Shown here piece after piece: positions 25,395-39,175 of a stretch of DNA of 64,000 nucleotides. The notes below the pieces were generated by a model that saw only the letters and a list, made by a program, of their open reading frames with translations, was not told where the DNA came from and ran no database searches. Within the stretch, counting starts at the first letter, position 1; every line of letters begins with the position of its first letter. The position numbers were made by a program, and so were the translations under genes. This DNA comes from Octopus bimaculoides (taxonomy: Eukaryota). Where the stretch lies: positions 43,396,694-43,460,693 of the forward strand of contig NC_068982.1 in NCBI RefSeq assembly GCF_001194135.2. The letters run 5' to 3'.

Positions 25395-25595
25395 TAATAG
25401 TTTCCGATTTAGGCACGAGGTTAGCAATTTTGGGGGAAGGTTGTTAGTCGATATCATCGACCCTAGTACCTGACTGGCACCTCATTGTTATCGAGAAAAA
25501 TGTAAGACAAAGTTTTCTATGTCAGAATTTGAAGTCAGAACGTAAAGGGGTGGTATAAATACCGCAAGCTGTTTTTTTAACGCTCTAACGATTCA
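25395..25595 (-). mobile_element. Old SINE A copy
   Basis: GGCACGAGG...TAGTCGATATCATCGACCC...GAATTTGAAGTCAGAACGTAA. Confidence 0.65.
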
Positions 25596-26474
25596 GGTGT
25601 TATTACAGGATTTCAGTAATAACATCAATAATTATTTAGAATATGCATCAAAAGCATGTCCAACTTAGTATATATGACTCTGTAGCAATAATGTATAGTT
25701 ACATTACACTTGCTCTTTTATTAATATCCATTATATTTGACTGGCTACATTTGTTAAAGCCATACTCATTACAGTAGGTATATCAGTTATAAAGCTGGCT
25801 TAAATTTCTGGTTAGGTAATTCCGTGCAGTTTAAGCTTTTAAACGCGGTAAGCGGATGTACCCCCACTGAAAATTTTATATTCATTAACTGCAGAAAGCG
25901 ATTTTACATTACTACTTTGAAATATAACTTCGTATGGTACGAGAAGTGACAACACCCCAGTGACACTTCTTACAAAACACAAAAGTTCTGACTCCCCCCC
26001 CTCCACCACCACCACCAGCACACACATATCATCAGATATTTCTTTATAGAGCAAGAATCAGATACTTTTAGTGGTCGACATGAAAATCGTACCTACTGGA
26101 GGTACTGGCAAAGTATTGCAGAAGCAGAAAATATCAATTCTGTTTTTAGTGGATAATTAATATCATTACGGGAATGACTATAAAATTTAATTACACAGTT
26201 AAAAGGGCTGAAGTTAAGAGTACTGAAACAAAAGTGATTAAAACGGTAAAAGAAGATGAAGTCGTAAAAATTTATGTATACAAAGCAGAATAGAAATTTA
26301 AAACGGTCTTTATTTTCAATTACATGGTAAATCTTAATGTCTTTCGAACACAAGAGAGATTTAAAATCCTTCAAAAATTGTGTTTATCATCTTCAGTCCT
26401 AAATAAATCAAGCTAAATGATGTATTTGCACGGAGCTTAATGATCGTTGTACATATTTATCGTTTGCCCATAAT

Positions 26475-26930
26475 CTACTGCTTTTGTATTTTCATCATCG
26501 TCATCATCCAATAGATATCCGTCTTCTGTTCCGTCCATTGTATTCGAAATATCACATTTCTTGAATGATTTCAAAATAATGCTTAGTTTTTTTTTTGGGG
26601 GGGGGGTCCCTTCCATGAATTAACAATTCATCTACAGCTCAGAAGCAGTTAGTGGGAAGTACACATATTGCCTCCTTTCGTGTATGATGCTTGCCGATCA
26701 TACATCCAGTTACTTCATTTCATCTCATCTCCTCCTTAAATGGCTCATAGACACCAGCATCTAATTGTTGGCAAAACTATTGTAAGTCAGCCACAAATTA
26801 TCAGGATACCAGTGCTTTGTGTATTTATTTACTTTCAGATGTAACCTGAACCGGTTTCCGATGAGCAAACTCTTACATCTTTCATCCATCAAGTCATATA
26901 TTTGAAACTTTATCCATTTTTTCTTAAACG
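26475..26930 (-). pseudogene. pogo/Tigger-family DDE transposase C-terminal remnant
   Basis: Minus strand: SLLIGNRFRLHL (resembles SLLVWDxFRxHL), G*LT...QLDAGVYEPFKEEMR (resembles GLTxxLQPLDxxVNKPFK), WMYDRQASYTKGGNM, IILKSFKKCDISNTMDGTEDG. Confidence 0.75.
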
Positions 26931-28042
26931 CACTTTTAATCGTAACCTAATGGTTATTAACTGTAACTGTAATAACCCAGTGACGGCTGAGAAATTCATT
27001 TCTTTAGCGTCACAGCTATGAACAGGTTTACCCTGCAATCTGCAAAATGTTCATTTGTTATTTGTGAGAAACCTTGGTCGACTTTTACGCAAGACTCAAT
27101 AAAATTTTACAGATATTCAGATTCAAAAACAGGTTGATTTTTGAAGATCAACATTTTTTGAGTAAGTAGTCTATATAATATACATTATTACAAACATTCA
27201 CGTACATAAAATATTTCTCTATATTTACACATAAAACATATACATATATATATATGTATATATTGAATATGTATTTAATATATAATACACACACTGACTC
27301 TGTCTCCCCTCTCTCTCTCATACTCACACAAGGCGTAATATAAAATCGGTTATAACCGGATTTTCGCAAGGTTGCTTCATATTTTTATGGTACGATAAAG
27401 CGCGTTTAATCCGAGTTTAATAACACCACCAAACGTTCTCGATTTGGAATTATTGTTTCTTTTAGTAGAAACGGTTTACAAAGATTCCGCTGCACTGATA
27501 ACTCCCAACAGAAAATAGACATCATGAAATATTGATTACTTACACTGTCGAAAATAAAACTGTATGACATCCATGCCTTTCTCAAATACATTAGCGAATG
27601 TCAATGAAGAGAAACAGAAATGAGAAAAATAAAAAAGTGTCGGTTTTTTTTTTTTTTTGTGCCAGAGACGATAAGTCACTGGGAAAAAAACGAATTCACA
27701 CCTGTTTGTTTATGTCACATTCCAAGCGTTATATATGTTTTAATTACGACCACCCGTCAGGAATTATCAATTACTAAAGAAGTTTTATTTATTCATTCAT
27801 GTATTTGTTTATTTATTCTTGAAAGCAATTTGCCTGAACAAGTTTCAAATTCAATTCAAACACTTCTGTACTAGTTCTAACAATATAGATGCACAAGTAG
27901 TTAAATTGTTCAACTATTGGCTTATAGGTTGAATTTTCAAAACCTACCGCAAGAATTGTTCTGCTTTGAGAGGAAAGGTAGTTCTATATACTTTGAATTT
28001 TACCTAATTAAAACAAGATGCTGCATTAATATTCCTTTCTAC

Positions 28043-28210
28043 TGTGGACACAAGGAGGAAGTCGATTACATCGACCCAAATGCGCAACTGGCACGTATTT
28101 TATCGATCTCAAAGAGTTGAAAGGTAAAGTCGACCTCAGAACGCAAAGACGGACGAAATGCCTCTAAACATTTTATCCAGTGTGCTAATGATTCTGCCAG
28201 CTCGCCACCT
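28043..28210 (-). mobile_element. SINE A copy with internal deletion
   Basis: GTCGATTACATCGACCC...AAAGTCGACCTC-AGAACG...GATTCTGCCAGCTCGCC. Confidence 0.8.
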
Positions 28211-28457
28211 TATGATGGTACATTGAAATAATAATCTTAGAAAGACTTCTAAGAGTAAAATACTTGCATGACAGAAGAAAAATAAATTTTACGTTTAAAT
28301 TCCTTGAACAACATAAATAGGAGATATGAAAACTGACAAAATCATATCAATTATGTATGGGTGGCATAAAATAGAACTATGATTGGTAACACATCTAACT
28401 AGATGAGGTTGTTTGCTTAAAGTGTATGGCTAATTCATCCAGGGGTAGTCTCAACCC

Positions 28458-29030
28458 GTGGAGGCGCAATGGCCCAGTGGTTAGGGCAGCGGACTTGCGG
28501 TCATAGGATCGCGGTTTCGATTCCCAGACCGGGCGTTGTGTGAGTGTTTGTTGAGCGAAAACACCTAAAGCTCCACGAGGCTCCGGCAGGGGATGGTGGC
28601 GAACTTTCTCTCACTCTTACTTCCTGTTTCTGTTGTGCCTGTAATTCAAAGGGTCAGTCTTGTCACACTGTGTCACGCTGAATATCCCCGAGAACTACGT
28701 TAAGGGTACACGTGTCTGTGGAGTGCTCAGCCACTTGCACGTTAATTTCACGAGCAGGCTGTTCCGTTGATCGGATCAACTGGANNNNNNNNNNNNNNNN
28801 NNNNNNNNNNNNNNNNNNNNNNNNNNNNNNNNNNNNNNNNNNNNNNNNNNNNNNNNNNNNNNNNNNNNNNNNNNNNNNNNNNNNNNNNNNNNNNNNNNNN
28901 NNNNNNNNNNNNNNNNNNNNNNNNNNNNNNNNNNNNNNNNNNNNNNNNNNNNNNNNNNNNNNNNNNNNNNNNNNNNNNNNNNNNNNNNNNNNNNNNNNNN
29001 NNNNNNNNNNGTAAGCGACGGAGTGCCAAC
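28458..29030 (+). mobile_element. SINE B copy spanning a gap, with probable TSD
   Basis: Matches 9436-9814; flanks AGTCTCAACCC and AGTCCCAACCC. Confidence 0.9.
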
Positions 29031-29499
29031 AAGTCCCAACCCATTAATTATATCTAGAATGTAGTATATTTAATAATTCACAGGGTTGCGGAATTCTTTT
29101 ACTATTTGCGTTGTTGGCATTTAGCGCCGAAAACGTTCGCTACCCAAGACTCTAAAAGCCATTTTCTCATTCATTAAAAAGAAAAAGAGTGTCACGGATC
29201 ACGTAAATCCACTGAAGAGAGATCAGATAATTATCAGACACCATACAGCAAAAAAGTTATTTCTGTACAAGATGTTAGCGTTTAGGTTTTTTTTTTTTTT
29301 CTTTGATAAACAAGAATGTACTGGTTATTTACGGGTCCGGTTTTAAACCATTCTATATCTACAATATATATAGATACTGACAAATGGATTATTAATATCC
29401 TGTATTGACATTATAGGCACCGAGACTATTATATCAGTGCAACACACCAACCGAAAAAATATTTAGTGCCTTTCAAAAACAAAAATATGTAATTTTTTT

Positions 29500-29810
29500 A
29501 ATCTTTTACTTGTATCAGTCATTGGACTGCGGTCATGCTGGGACTACCTTGAAAGGTAGTCGAACAATCGACAGGGTACGGAATCGTAAACAAACATCGG
29601 CCGAGCGACGATGGGAGATAAACACAACAAAGGCACATACTCATCTATATATTTATACATGTAAGACGGGCTTTTTCAGCTACTGTCTACCAAATCCACT
29701 TACAGGGATTGGTTCGACCCAGGGTTACATAGGAGACACTTGCCCAAGATACCGCGCAGTGAGACTAAACCCAGGATCACATGGTCTGGAAACAGGCTAA
29801 GCACGCTTAG
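29500..29810 (-). mobile_element. SINE C copy, internally deleted
   Basis: TCATTGGACTGCGGTCATGCTGG...GACGGGCTTTT...CACTTGCCCAAG matches the reverse complement of 58593-59010. Confidence 0.75.
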
Positions 29811-29860
29811 ATTTTTTTTCTTTTTACTGACGCGAAAATATCGTTAGAAATATTTAACTA

Positions 29861-29982
29861 CAATAATCCCTCGACCATCGCGGGTGTTACGTTCCGAAAC
29901 CTCCCACAGAAATAATTAAAATCTATTGGCCGCAAAAATCCGCAATATACTGAGGAGTCCGCAACATGGCGAGGTATTACTG
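29861..29982. mobile_element. Tigger/pogo-type MITE with TA TSD
   Basis: TA|CAATAATCCCTCG ... CGAGGTATTACTG|TA; same family as 43919-44104. Confidence 0.8.
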
Positions 29983-30199
29983 TACTGTTTTTATTAACAC
30001 CTTCACGCCACCAAATAACTGTATTTAAATTAGTTTGTACCCTAATACTGACAACAACGTTTGTTTATTCCGTTTTGAATCTTATTTTAACTGCAATTAA
30101 CAGTCTTAATATGCAATAAGACCTTTCTTTTTTTATCGAGATATGAAAAATATGCATAAGGTATCTAAATTGTGTTGACGCTGTATTGGTCACTGAAGC

Positions 30200-30320
30200 A
30201 TTTGACCTAACATTGACTTACATTAATTTGACCTAACATTGACTTACATTAATTTGACCTAACATTGACTTACATTAATTTGACCTAACATTGACTTACA
30301 TTAATTTGACCTAACATTGA
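30200..30320. repeat. 26-bp minisatellite, about 4.6 identical copies
   Basis: Unit ATTTGACCTAACATTGACTTACATTA starting at 30200, 30226, 30252, 30278 and 30304 (partial). Confidence 0.95.
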
Positions 30321-31190
30321 GATTGATTTACAACACACAAGTCGAGGCTTTAATGTGTGAAATGATATTTGTTTTACTAAGAAAACATTGCAAGCAAGAG
30401 ATGTTGCTTCAACCATTAAAAGTTGAAGATACTGTCAAGGCATCATAAACGAAACAGACAAGAACAAAGAAAAATTATTTCATATGAGTTTCGTCTTTTA
30501 GAACTGAAGTGAAAGGCAACAAGTGTCAGTCANNNNNNNNNNNNNNNNNNNNNNNNNNNNNNNNNNNNNNNNNNNNNNNNNNNNNNNNNNNNNNNNNNNN
30601 NNNNNNNNNNNNNNNNNNNNNNNNNNNNNNNNNNNNNNNNNNNNNNNNNNNNNNNNNNNNNNNNNNNNNNNNNNNNNNNNNNNNNNNNNNNNNNNNNNNN
30701 NNNNNNNNNNNNNNNNNNNNNNNNNNNNNNNNNNNNNNNNNNNNNNNNNNNNNNNNNNNNNNNNNNNNNNNNNNNNNNNNNNNNNNNNNNNNNNNNNNNN
30801 NNNNNNNNNNNNNNNNNNNNNNNNNNNNNNNNNNNNNNNNNNNNNNNNNNNNNNNNNNNNNNNNNNNNNNNNNNNNNNNNNNNNNNNNNNNNNNNNNNNN
30901 NNNNNNNNNNNNNNNNNNNNNNNNNNNNNNNNNNNNNNNNNNNNNNNNNNNNNNNNNNNNNNNNNNNNNNNNNNNNNNNNNNNNNNNNNNNNNNNNNNNN
31001 NNNNNNNNNNNNNNNNNNNNNNNNNNNNNNNNNNNNNNNNNNNNNNNNNNNNNNNNNNTCGGAGTCGATGCGATTTGTAACTAAAATGAAGTACGTCCAT
31101 ATTACTGCTAGATATTCCATCCAGTACTCAGCGGCTTCTACAATTCCCATGGGATTTCTCCCAAACATATTATGCATTATTAAGCGGTTC

Positions 31191-31441
31191 CATCATCATC
31201 GTTTAACGTTCGCTTTCCATGTTAGCATGGGTTGGACGATTTGACTGAGGACTGGCAAGCCAGAAGGCTGCACCAGGCTCCAATCTGATCTGGCAGAGTT
31301 TCTCCGGCTGGATGCCCTTCGTAACGCCAACCACTCCGAGAATTTAGTGGGTGCTTTTACGTGCCACCGGCACGAGGACCAGTCACACGGTTCTGGCAAC
31401 GGCCACGCTCAAAAAGGTGTTTTTTTACGTGCCACCTGCAC
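31191..31441 (-). mobile_element. RTE LINE 3' UTR with (GAT)n tail
   Basis: Reverse complement of 57641-57885. Confidence 0.85.
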
Positions 31442-34077
31442 AAACAATCAAAACTATTTACTTTAACAAAACTTTACTACAATAAGTAACTGCTAGCACT
31501 AAGTCAGTAATTTGTGGTGGAGGGGGTTACTCGACTAAATCGACCTAGTATTTCACTGGGTAGATTTTTATCGACCCCAGAGGGATGAAAGTCAGGATTT
31601 GAATCTGTGATGTAAAGAGCTGATAAAAATTAAGTAGAAAGTTACAATATCAAAGACTTTTGTTAAGTAGATTAATCATGTAAAGGAATATCAACAAACA
31701 GGAATAGTCCAGGTTACATTATTGCATAAGACCTTGGTTCAGTCCCATCATAGAGCGCTTTTAAAAACATGAATGGAGCAAGCTCATTTTGAAAGTATAT
31801 ATTTTAGATTTATCCAAAAACGGACGACTGAACGCCACTTAACAGAGACGGCATGGAAAGCAGTTACCTGTTCTCTGCACTAGATTTACTGTTCCTACAG
31901 TAACAATAAAAATAAAGGGAAGTCTTTCCGTAAGCTAGCTAGTTTGTATGCCACATCAAACAATAATAGTTCCACAGAGAGAAACAGAGTAAATTAACCA
32001 ATATTATGTAATAATATACAAAAAGAGGAATCTCATTTCGTTGGTATATTTTCGATCTAAAAGGATACGATACAACATCTGTCATTCCAGTTTTTCCAAG
32101 TGATGACAATTCCAGGGCTTGTATTTGTCTGAAACAATCGAAAATGAAAATATAATTTAGCCATGACTATATCAGTGAATTATTTTTCTTTTTTTACTCT
32201 TCTGGCGTAAAATCTTTTCATTGTGTTAATTAAAATCTCCACAACAGAACGATACAACATCGTACAAAGAAAATAGTCGAGAAAGAAACATGATACATGC
32301 ATTATAAAAAGTCACTGGCAATTGTTATGGTTTCCTTATCATTATTATATATTTAGTGGTAGGGGTTTAAGTGTGGCTAAATTAAACAATAGATTAACAT
32401 GTGACTTCAGGGTTAAAGGAAACGGTCAACTAGTGCTGAAAGGAAAGAAGAGAAAGAGGCTACGAACCACGAAAATTCTCACAAACACACCCTACCACCC
32501 TTTCCCCAGTGTGCAAACTTGCTGGAGGACTTGGTAGTGTTGAGTAGGGAAAGAAACCTGAAGAACAATGCATTTTTATTAAGAAATCCAGGTCGGTGGT
32601 GGGGGTGAACATAGAGAGCCTCAGAATGTTTCATAAAAACATGAAATGCATAATAAACGAATGAACAATATTTACATACCGAGTTAAAATCTAGCCATTA
32701 GTCACATCTTCATTGCATATGTGTGTGCTTGTTTTTGATAGAGAAGTTCGCATGTACAAATTTAATGAGGATACCTTCAGCCTTACTATCTAAATAGGCC
32801 CTGTGGTCAAACTACAGGACTCAATAACTCGACTAGTTTCGATTGATTAATAAATGATGAATTTGAGTAGACACTCTTGATAGGAGAGCAGTAACCAGTC
32901 GAAACAAGCTGAGCTGGTCTCAGATTCTCCTGCATAGAGAAGGTCCTAGGTTTTATCCATAGGTTCGAATTCGTCAGTTTGACTGACAATATATTTATCA
33001 AACATCTGCATATGAGCTTATATGCAATTTATCCTCTCACACACCGTTACAGAGGTGTGTAAGTGAGCGTGTGTTAGAGCTTCAACATATCCTGACAATG
33101 AACATGAAACTAACTAATCGAGTCAAAGTTGATCTGCACTTCCGATCTGAAATAGGTCTTATTTAAATAAGTTTTCCCTTTGCAAATCATAGCCAATGAC
33201 CTGAAGGTTTTAAGCAATATTATTTTTTATGTACAAAGTATTACTTTATATGTACATTATATTATGCAAACACTATTTCATATGTAAGAGCAAAAACAGA
33301 CAGTACTTCATGCGTTTTGTAAGGTTGGGTGGGAGTCAATCTTTACTCCACGAAGCTATGTATAGAAACGTCCTATATTTACTGATTGAAAAGGCAATTA
33401 AATAATTTTTTAAAAAAACCCAAAAGAGAGAACATAAAGAATTAGTAATTTGCTCGCGTAGATGAGTCTATTATTATAAAACAAAGAAGTTTACATATTG
33501 AATATATCAGAAAGCTTTTTAGATCAGGCAATATAGGGTGTATAGAAGTATATTAATTAAAGATTGTTATACAACCCCATAAAGAAAAAAATTTACAAAC
33601 TTTGCACCTACTATTGAATTTTAACTAATTTCTTTAAAGCTGTACTTCGTGATTTAACGTCTTCGCTCTTTAGCTTATAAATCAGCCCTTCCTTAAAAAT
33701 CTGTTGTATGCCTAGTGGATATTCTTCACAACATATCGCAACACCTCCCTCGTTTAATTTCTCACCTACATAACATAAGTCAATTAAATTGTCTTTTAAC
33801 ATATACGTCGTTCAAATTGTCTTTTAACATATATGTATCATAGCCACAACTCGCAGGCTGAAACAGGTAACGAAATTATAATTGTCACGATTTTCTACAG
33901 GCCCTTATTAGTCTCTTCCTATAAATCAAAGTTACACACTCAGCTTCTCACCGCCATATATCGTTACATGGCTAACGCACATAGGTTGCAGTGGTAGCCT
34001 TGAGGACATTATTATTATGTATATAATCTAGACGTTTTGCAGCCATCACAGACCGTAACACTCTCTTTCTCTCTCTC

Positions 34078-34114
<37 letters not shown>

Positions 34115-34887
34115 CTTTACTGTAGATTTCCCTTAATTGTTCAAGTAATCTAAGCCAGATTTTCTCCTCCCGCTCAAGCCCGTTATGTCAACAATATTCA
34201 CAAAGCTACGGAGACAGTAAGCCAGTCTAAACAAATAGATCGACAAAATGACATTTTAGAAGAAGGCAAGAATATATCACATAACTTTAATAAATAATCT
34301 TGTACTATATAACAGGAAGAGAATGAGAGGAAAAGGCTGAGTCAAAGTGATTATCGATATCGCTCAGAAACGGCAAAGAAGCGCAGAAATAAGGGTATAT
34401 AACAGAAAAGTCGTTCGAGTATGTATTCAAAGCCAATCCGTTCCGTCTGCCGGCAAGTTTCTGATTTCAGCAAATGGCTTTTTATTAATGCACTAAGCGA
34501 CATATTTATTTTACTTGGCTTACCCCAGACACACTAAACGTGCCTGACTTATAAACACACGGGGAATTCTGGAAATATTCACGATTAAAATAAATAAATA
34601 TATCGCTGGATACACGAGACTAAGAGACACACAAAAAAATGGGAATAGTACACCTGGAGAAAATAATTGTTAATGGTATCAGGGTGTCGTATCGGTAACG
34701 ACAAACAAACAATATGCTTTGATGAAGTGAAGCTCAAAACCAGAAACTTGTTATTTTATTAAATCAAAGCCGAAACAGAGCAACCTGTAATATTTTATAA
34801 CTACCTTTCAACTGAGAAATGGCATTTACTGTATCCCGATGATTCTTCCTATTTCGTTTTACTTTTATTAAACACTGGTCAATGTCT

Positions 34888-35312
34888 GGACATGACTTTG
34901 TGTGGTAAGAAGTTTGCTTCCCAACGACAGGATTCCGGGTTCAATTCCACTACGTGGCACTTTGGGCAAGTGTCTTTTATTATAGCCCTAAGCCGACCTA
35001 AGCCTTGTGAGTGGATTTGGTAGATGGACGATAAAAGAAACCTATCGTGTGTATGTGTGTGTGTATGAATTTATATACCTATGTGTAGGTTTATTAGTGT
35101 AAATGTATACATCTGTGTTTGTCCACCACTATCACCGAGGACAACCTGTTTTGATTTGTTTATATCCGTTACTTAACGGTTCGGTAAAAGAGACCGACAA
35201 AGTAAGTACCGGGCTTCAGAAAAAAGTACTGGGGTCGATTAGTTCAATTAAAACCCTGCGCGATGGTGCCCCGTGTGGTGGCAGGCCAATAACTGAAACA
35301 AGTAAAAAAAAG
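34888..35312 (+). mobile_element. SINE C copy, older
   Basis: GGGTTCAATTCCAC box, GGCACTTTGGGCAAGTGTC CORE-like motif, internal (TG)n, TAACGGTTCGGTAAAAGAGACCGA tail. Confidence 0.8.
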
Positions 35313-35889
35313 TGTGTGTACTTCACCACTGATACACAACCGACATTGATTTCCTGGCTAACGAAGCTTGAAATTGCATTTAACCATGCAAGCCAATTTT
35401 ATCGTGACTTTTTTTTTTTTTTTTCATCCTCTATAAGTAGCCAAGTGTACGGAACGACAAAATAGCTTGCTCAACTTAAACCAGTATATTTTACTATTTA
35501 GTTAGTGGAGTATTTGCATGAAATATTTCCCCATTTTTAAACCTTAGTCTCTAAACGTATGAATTAGTGGTGTATATAAATTAATAAATTCGCTGAAAAA
35601 TCGTTTGAGCGCCAAACAAAATACTTGGCGACATTTTTTTTTCTTTTTTTCTCGGCTCTTTATGTTCAGGGCATGACCATTGGAGGCCCATATAAGATTT
35701 TGCTGTTAAAATCTATGTGCAATAAATTAATTATACATCTGCAATACACAAAATAGTAACGTAGCAATTTTTTTTTAATACGATTCCAAAATAATATTTA
35801 ATCATAAAAACATTAATGGAATTTTTTAAAACATCCAGTTTAGTAAAATAGGAATCAAAGTGGTCCGTAAGCAAACCACTGTCTTACAA

Positions 35890-36960
35890 GAAACACCCGC
35901 ACGTAGGTGGGCGGAGCATGATTAGAAGGGTTGGAGAGAGGCGAAACCGGGTTTTAATGAAAATATTTCTCCTTAAGACAAAGAGTGCATGCAGTGTACT
36001 CAACACATTTGTGAATGGTTTGAAAAAAGAGAAAGGAGAGCAAGGAGAAATCAAGTGCAAAGACGTGTAAGCAGTAGAGAAGGGGAGTAATGCGTACTGG
36101 CGGTGCCAGGGAGGAGAGGGATGAGGGGGAGGAGCTGTCACCTATCCAAAATGTCAATGGTTAGCATAGATGGTTAACATAGCATTAGCATAGGTCGGTT
36201 TTTCCTTAATGAAACAATGCTTTTCTAAGCACAGACATAAGGGATTGGCCAACAAAGTGAGAGACAGCTGGGAGTAAGTACAGCCGTTGGGAGAGCTAAC
36301 TGCATAAGAAAGAGAAAATGGGCAGGCTTCTAAAAGTGTGTTTTATAAAGAAGGGGAGGGAGACGGGGCGAAGATAAAGAAAGAAACGAACTAAGGAGAA
36401 TGCTAACAAACTGAAAGGTTGAAAATGCAAGAGACAGATGGAGTGAGTGAGTTGAGAAATGAATGAGATATAGGAAAGTAGAAAGGCGGGGGAGGGGGGA
36501 GTTGAGGCACGATGATTGAGAGGGAGGCGGGTGATGGTGAGTGGAGGAGTTGTGAAGAAGAAGAGTTACTGAGACAGAAACAAAAGAGCACAAAGAGGCG
36601 GTGAGCGCAAGTGGTTAATATAGAAAGCATAACAAGAGGATAGTAAGAATGTGTCACCTAGTACACAGCGCTTATTGCAGTTGGTACAGACTGAAGAGAA
36701 CAACAGTGCAGAGCAACAGCCCCGACTTACACCCATCTCTCTCTCTCTCTCTCGTTGCTTTGTTGAAATACATTTCCTTCCAATACCATTACACTTCACA
36801 CAAAACACTCTGCAAAACGGATATGCGTGCGCGTTATCAGTACCAATACAAATATATATCATCGAGTTGGTGCTTGGACTGATGTCTACGTAGAAAGCAC
36901 ACCCTATAAAATGCACACACACTGCACAGTGTTGCGCGTGCAGAGACAAACATACATCAA
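35890..36960. promoter_or_regulatory. Putative promoter or 5' UTR-like island
   Basis: Repeat-free, purine-skewed on plus, GGGCGG near 35909, ATTGG at about 36244, G-runs 36488-36531, TATAAAA at 36905. Motifs only, no transcript evidence. Confidence 0.25.
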
Positions 36961-38120
36961 GAAGCGGAACTAACAGTCTTACGATGACGGACAGTTTGGC
37001 GCTGCAAGTGTTATTATTTGGAGTCCTTAGTTACGGCTATTTGCTTGCTTAAATAAATAGCCATCAGAGTTCTTTATACCACTTGCACTCTTTAGTCTTC
37101 AGTCCCTATCGTTGTACTGAGCCCCGACTCAGCCTTGTTGAAGCTGACTTACGATCTAAAGCATTGCAACGGTGACTTTTCCGTCAAAAGTATGTCAGGG
37201 GCTACATACTTCAATGCATCTTTTACTTAAGATGATACGGTTATGCAATGAGGAAGACTCGGAGAGCAAACTTAATCTGTCGTCCGGCTCAACATCACCA
37301 TTAACACGTCAATCGGTCTCTGAGGGCTACAGAGCCCACAAGTACAGCCTCTTCCACCAACCCAATGCAATAAAAAGATTTTTTTTTTTAATTCCGTATG
37401 GTTAAAAAGTTTGTTTCTCAAACATGTGGCCTTGGGTTCAGTCCCAGTGCGTTGCACCTTGGGCACGTGATTTCTACTACAGCCTCGAGCAGACCAAAGA
37501 CTCGAGTGAATTTTGTAGATAGAATCTGATAGGAGCCAGATGCGCGCGTGCCCTACTGTTGCTTGACAAACGATGTTGGTTTGATTTGTTCGATGAAAGC
37601 TTTGAAGGCATAGTTGTAGTCCAATGAGTGAAACTCAGTTAGTGGGCAAATGGGACAGGGCAAGTGCTGTGAGCATTTTCAAAGTACCAATTTTGCAGCC
37701 GGTACATTTGGCCAAGTCGACTTGGGAAGCTTAGAACTCAAAGATGTAAAAAAATGCAGATTCGATAATTGTTTACTGCAGCAACATTTCGTAATTCTTA
37801 AAACAGCTTTCAAAAGAGTAAGAGTTTTATAACATGCTATGTTTAAATGTTTTACAGTTGGAGGTAACATGTTTATTAGTGCAATCAATCAACAAAATAA
37901 CATCTATAAAAACCTCCCTAGGTATCCCTCTCCAGTTTAACAAATATACTCATTATAAACTAACATATATGTATCCGGCTCGAATTTACTCCCTTCTAAT
38001 ACACTCCCAGACAAAAGAAAAAAAAGTGGGGGGAACAGTGGTGTGCATATACAAGTTAGCAATAGACGTAACAATAATCAAAATGAGGATTGGATATTTG
38101 CAACCAGGAAATCATTATCA

Positions 38121-38166
<46 letters not shown>

Positions 38167-38959
38167 GCGTTTTAAGGTTGGTTCGTTTCAGATTTCATGT
38201 TATATCAACACAACATTTGGAAAACTAACCGTGATTTTTAAACCATTTAGACGAGAACATAGCGACACAGATTGACTTACGTGAACGAATGAAACCCAAC
38301 CTGTACCACCAGACTGACTATGTGTGTGTGTGTGTGTTTAGTTATACATGTGTGTGTGCGCGCGCAATGTATGTGCACACCTACACTTGTAATTTGAAAA
38401 CTATACGTATATCGTTTTGTTGGTTATCTGTTGGAAGAGTGTATCTCACATATGTGCTAAATTCTATCTTATAGCTGAGATTTTTGTTATTTCTTTAAAG
38501 AAACAAAAAATATATGAAAAAAAAAAATCTATTATCATTAACACCATTGCTATATCATTATACTGAGTTGAAAGAGATATTAAGAGAGAGTCCCTCGTGA
38601 TACACGGGTAAATAGTAATAAGAGAGAATCTCTCTCCTCTCGTAGTGAACGGGTAAATATCTCACATCTACCTAAGCCCACCGAAGTCGAAAGTAGATTC
38701 AAGAAATTTAGACTTCCAGTGCGAGATAATATATAAAGAAAAAATTCTGGATTTTCTAGAGAGAAATTGAAGCCGAAACTTTCCAGTCAGAGAAGGGCCG
38801 ATATACGAGTAGATGAATATTACGCTGCACTTTAACTCTATACAAACCCTGACAGAGCAGATATTTGTTCAGAGGCAATATAGCTGGGTCCGTTTCGTTC
38901 TGTTTTTTTTTTTAATACATGTATATAAAATTACAATTATTTAATGTGTCCACTCTTTT

Positions 38960-39175
38960 ATTTGCTTGTCATTAGACTGCGGCCATGCTGGGGGTAACGC
39001 CTTGAAGAATTTTAGTCGACCGAATCGACTCCAGTGCTTATTTTCTTTTTAAAGCTTAGTTACATATTCTATCGGTGTATTTTGCCGAACTGCTAAGCAA
39101 TGGGACATAAACACACAAACACCGGTTGTCAAGCGGAGGGGGGGGGCAAATACGGACACAAAGACACACACACAC
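38960..39175 (-). mobile_element. SINE C 3' half
   Basis: TCATTAGACTGCGGCCATGCTGG...ACCGGTTGTCAAGCG. Confidence 0.8.

Noticed and set aside
25924-25950. ATAACTTCGTAT, matching 12 of 13 bases of a loxP arm
   Set aside because: No 8-bp spacer and second arm; best explained by chance.
32830-32915. Two opposed GAAAC motifs resembling PLE hammerhead halves
   Set aside because: Neither has an intact CUGANGA box or a clear stem II; too decayed to call.
33611-33802. Protein-looking 63-aa minus ORF (NLIDLCYVGEKLNEGGVAICCEEYPLG...)
   Set aside because: No recognisable family or convincing splice sites; the ATG lies in a local 20-bp duplication.
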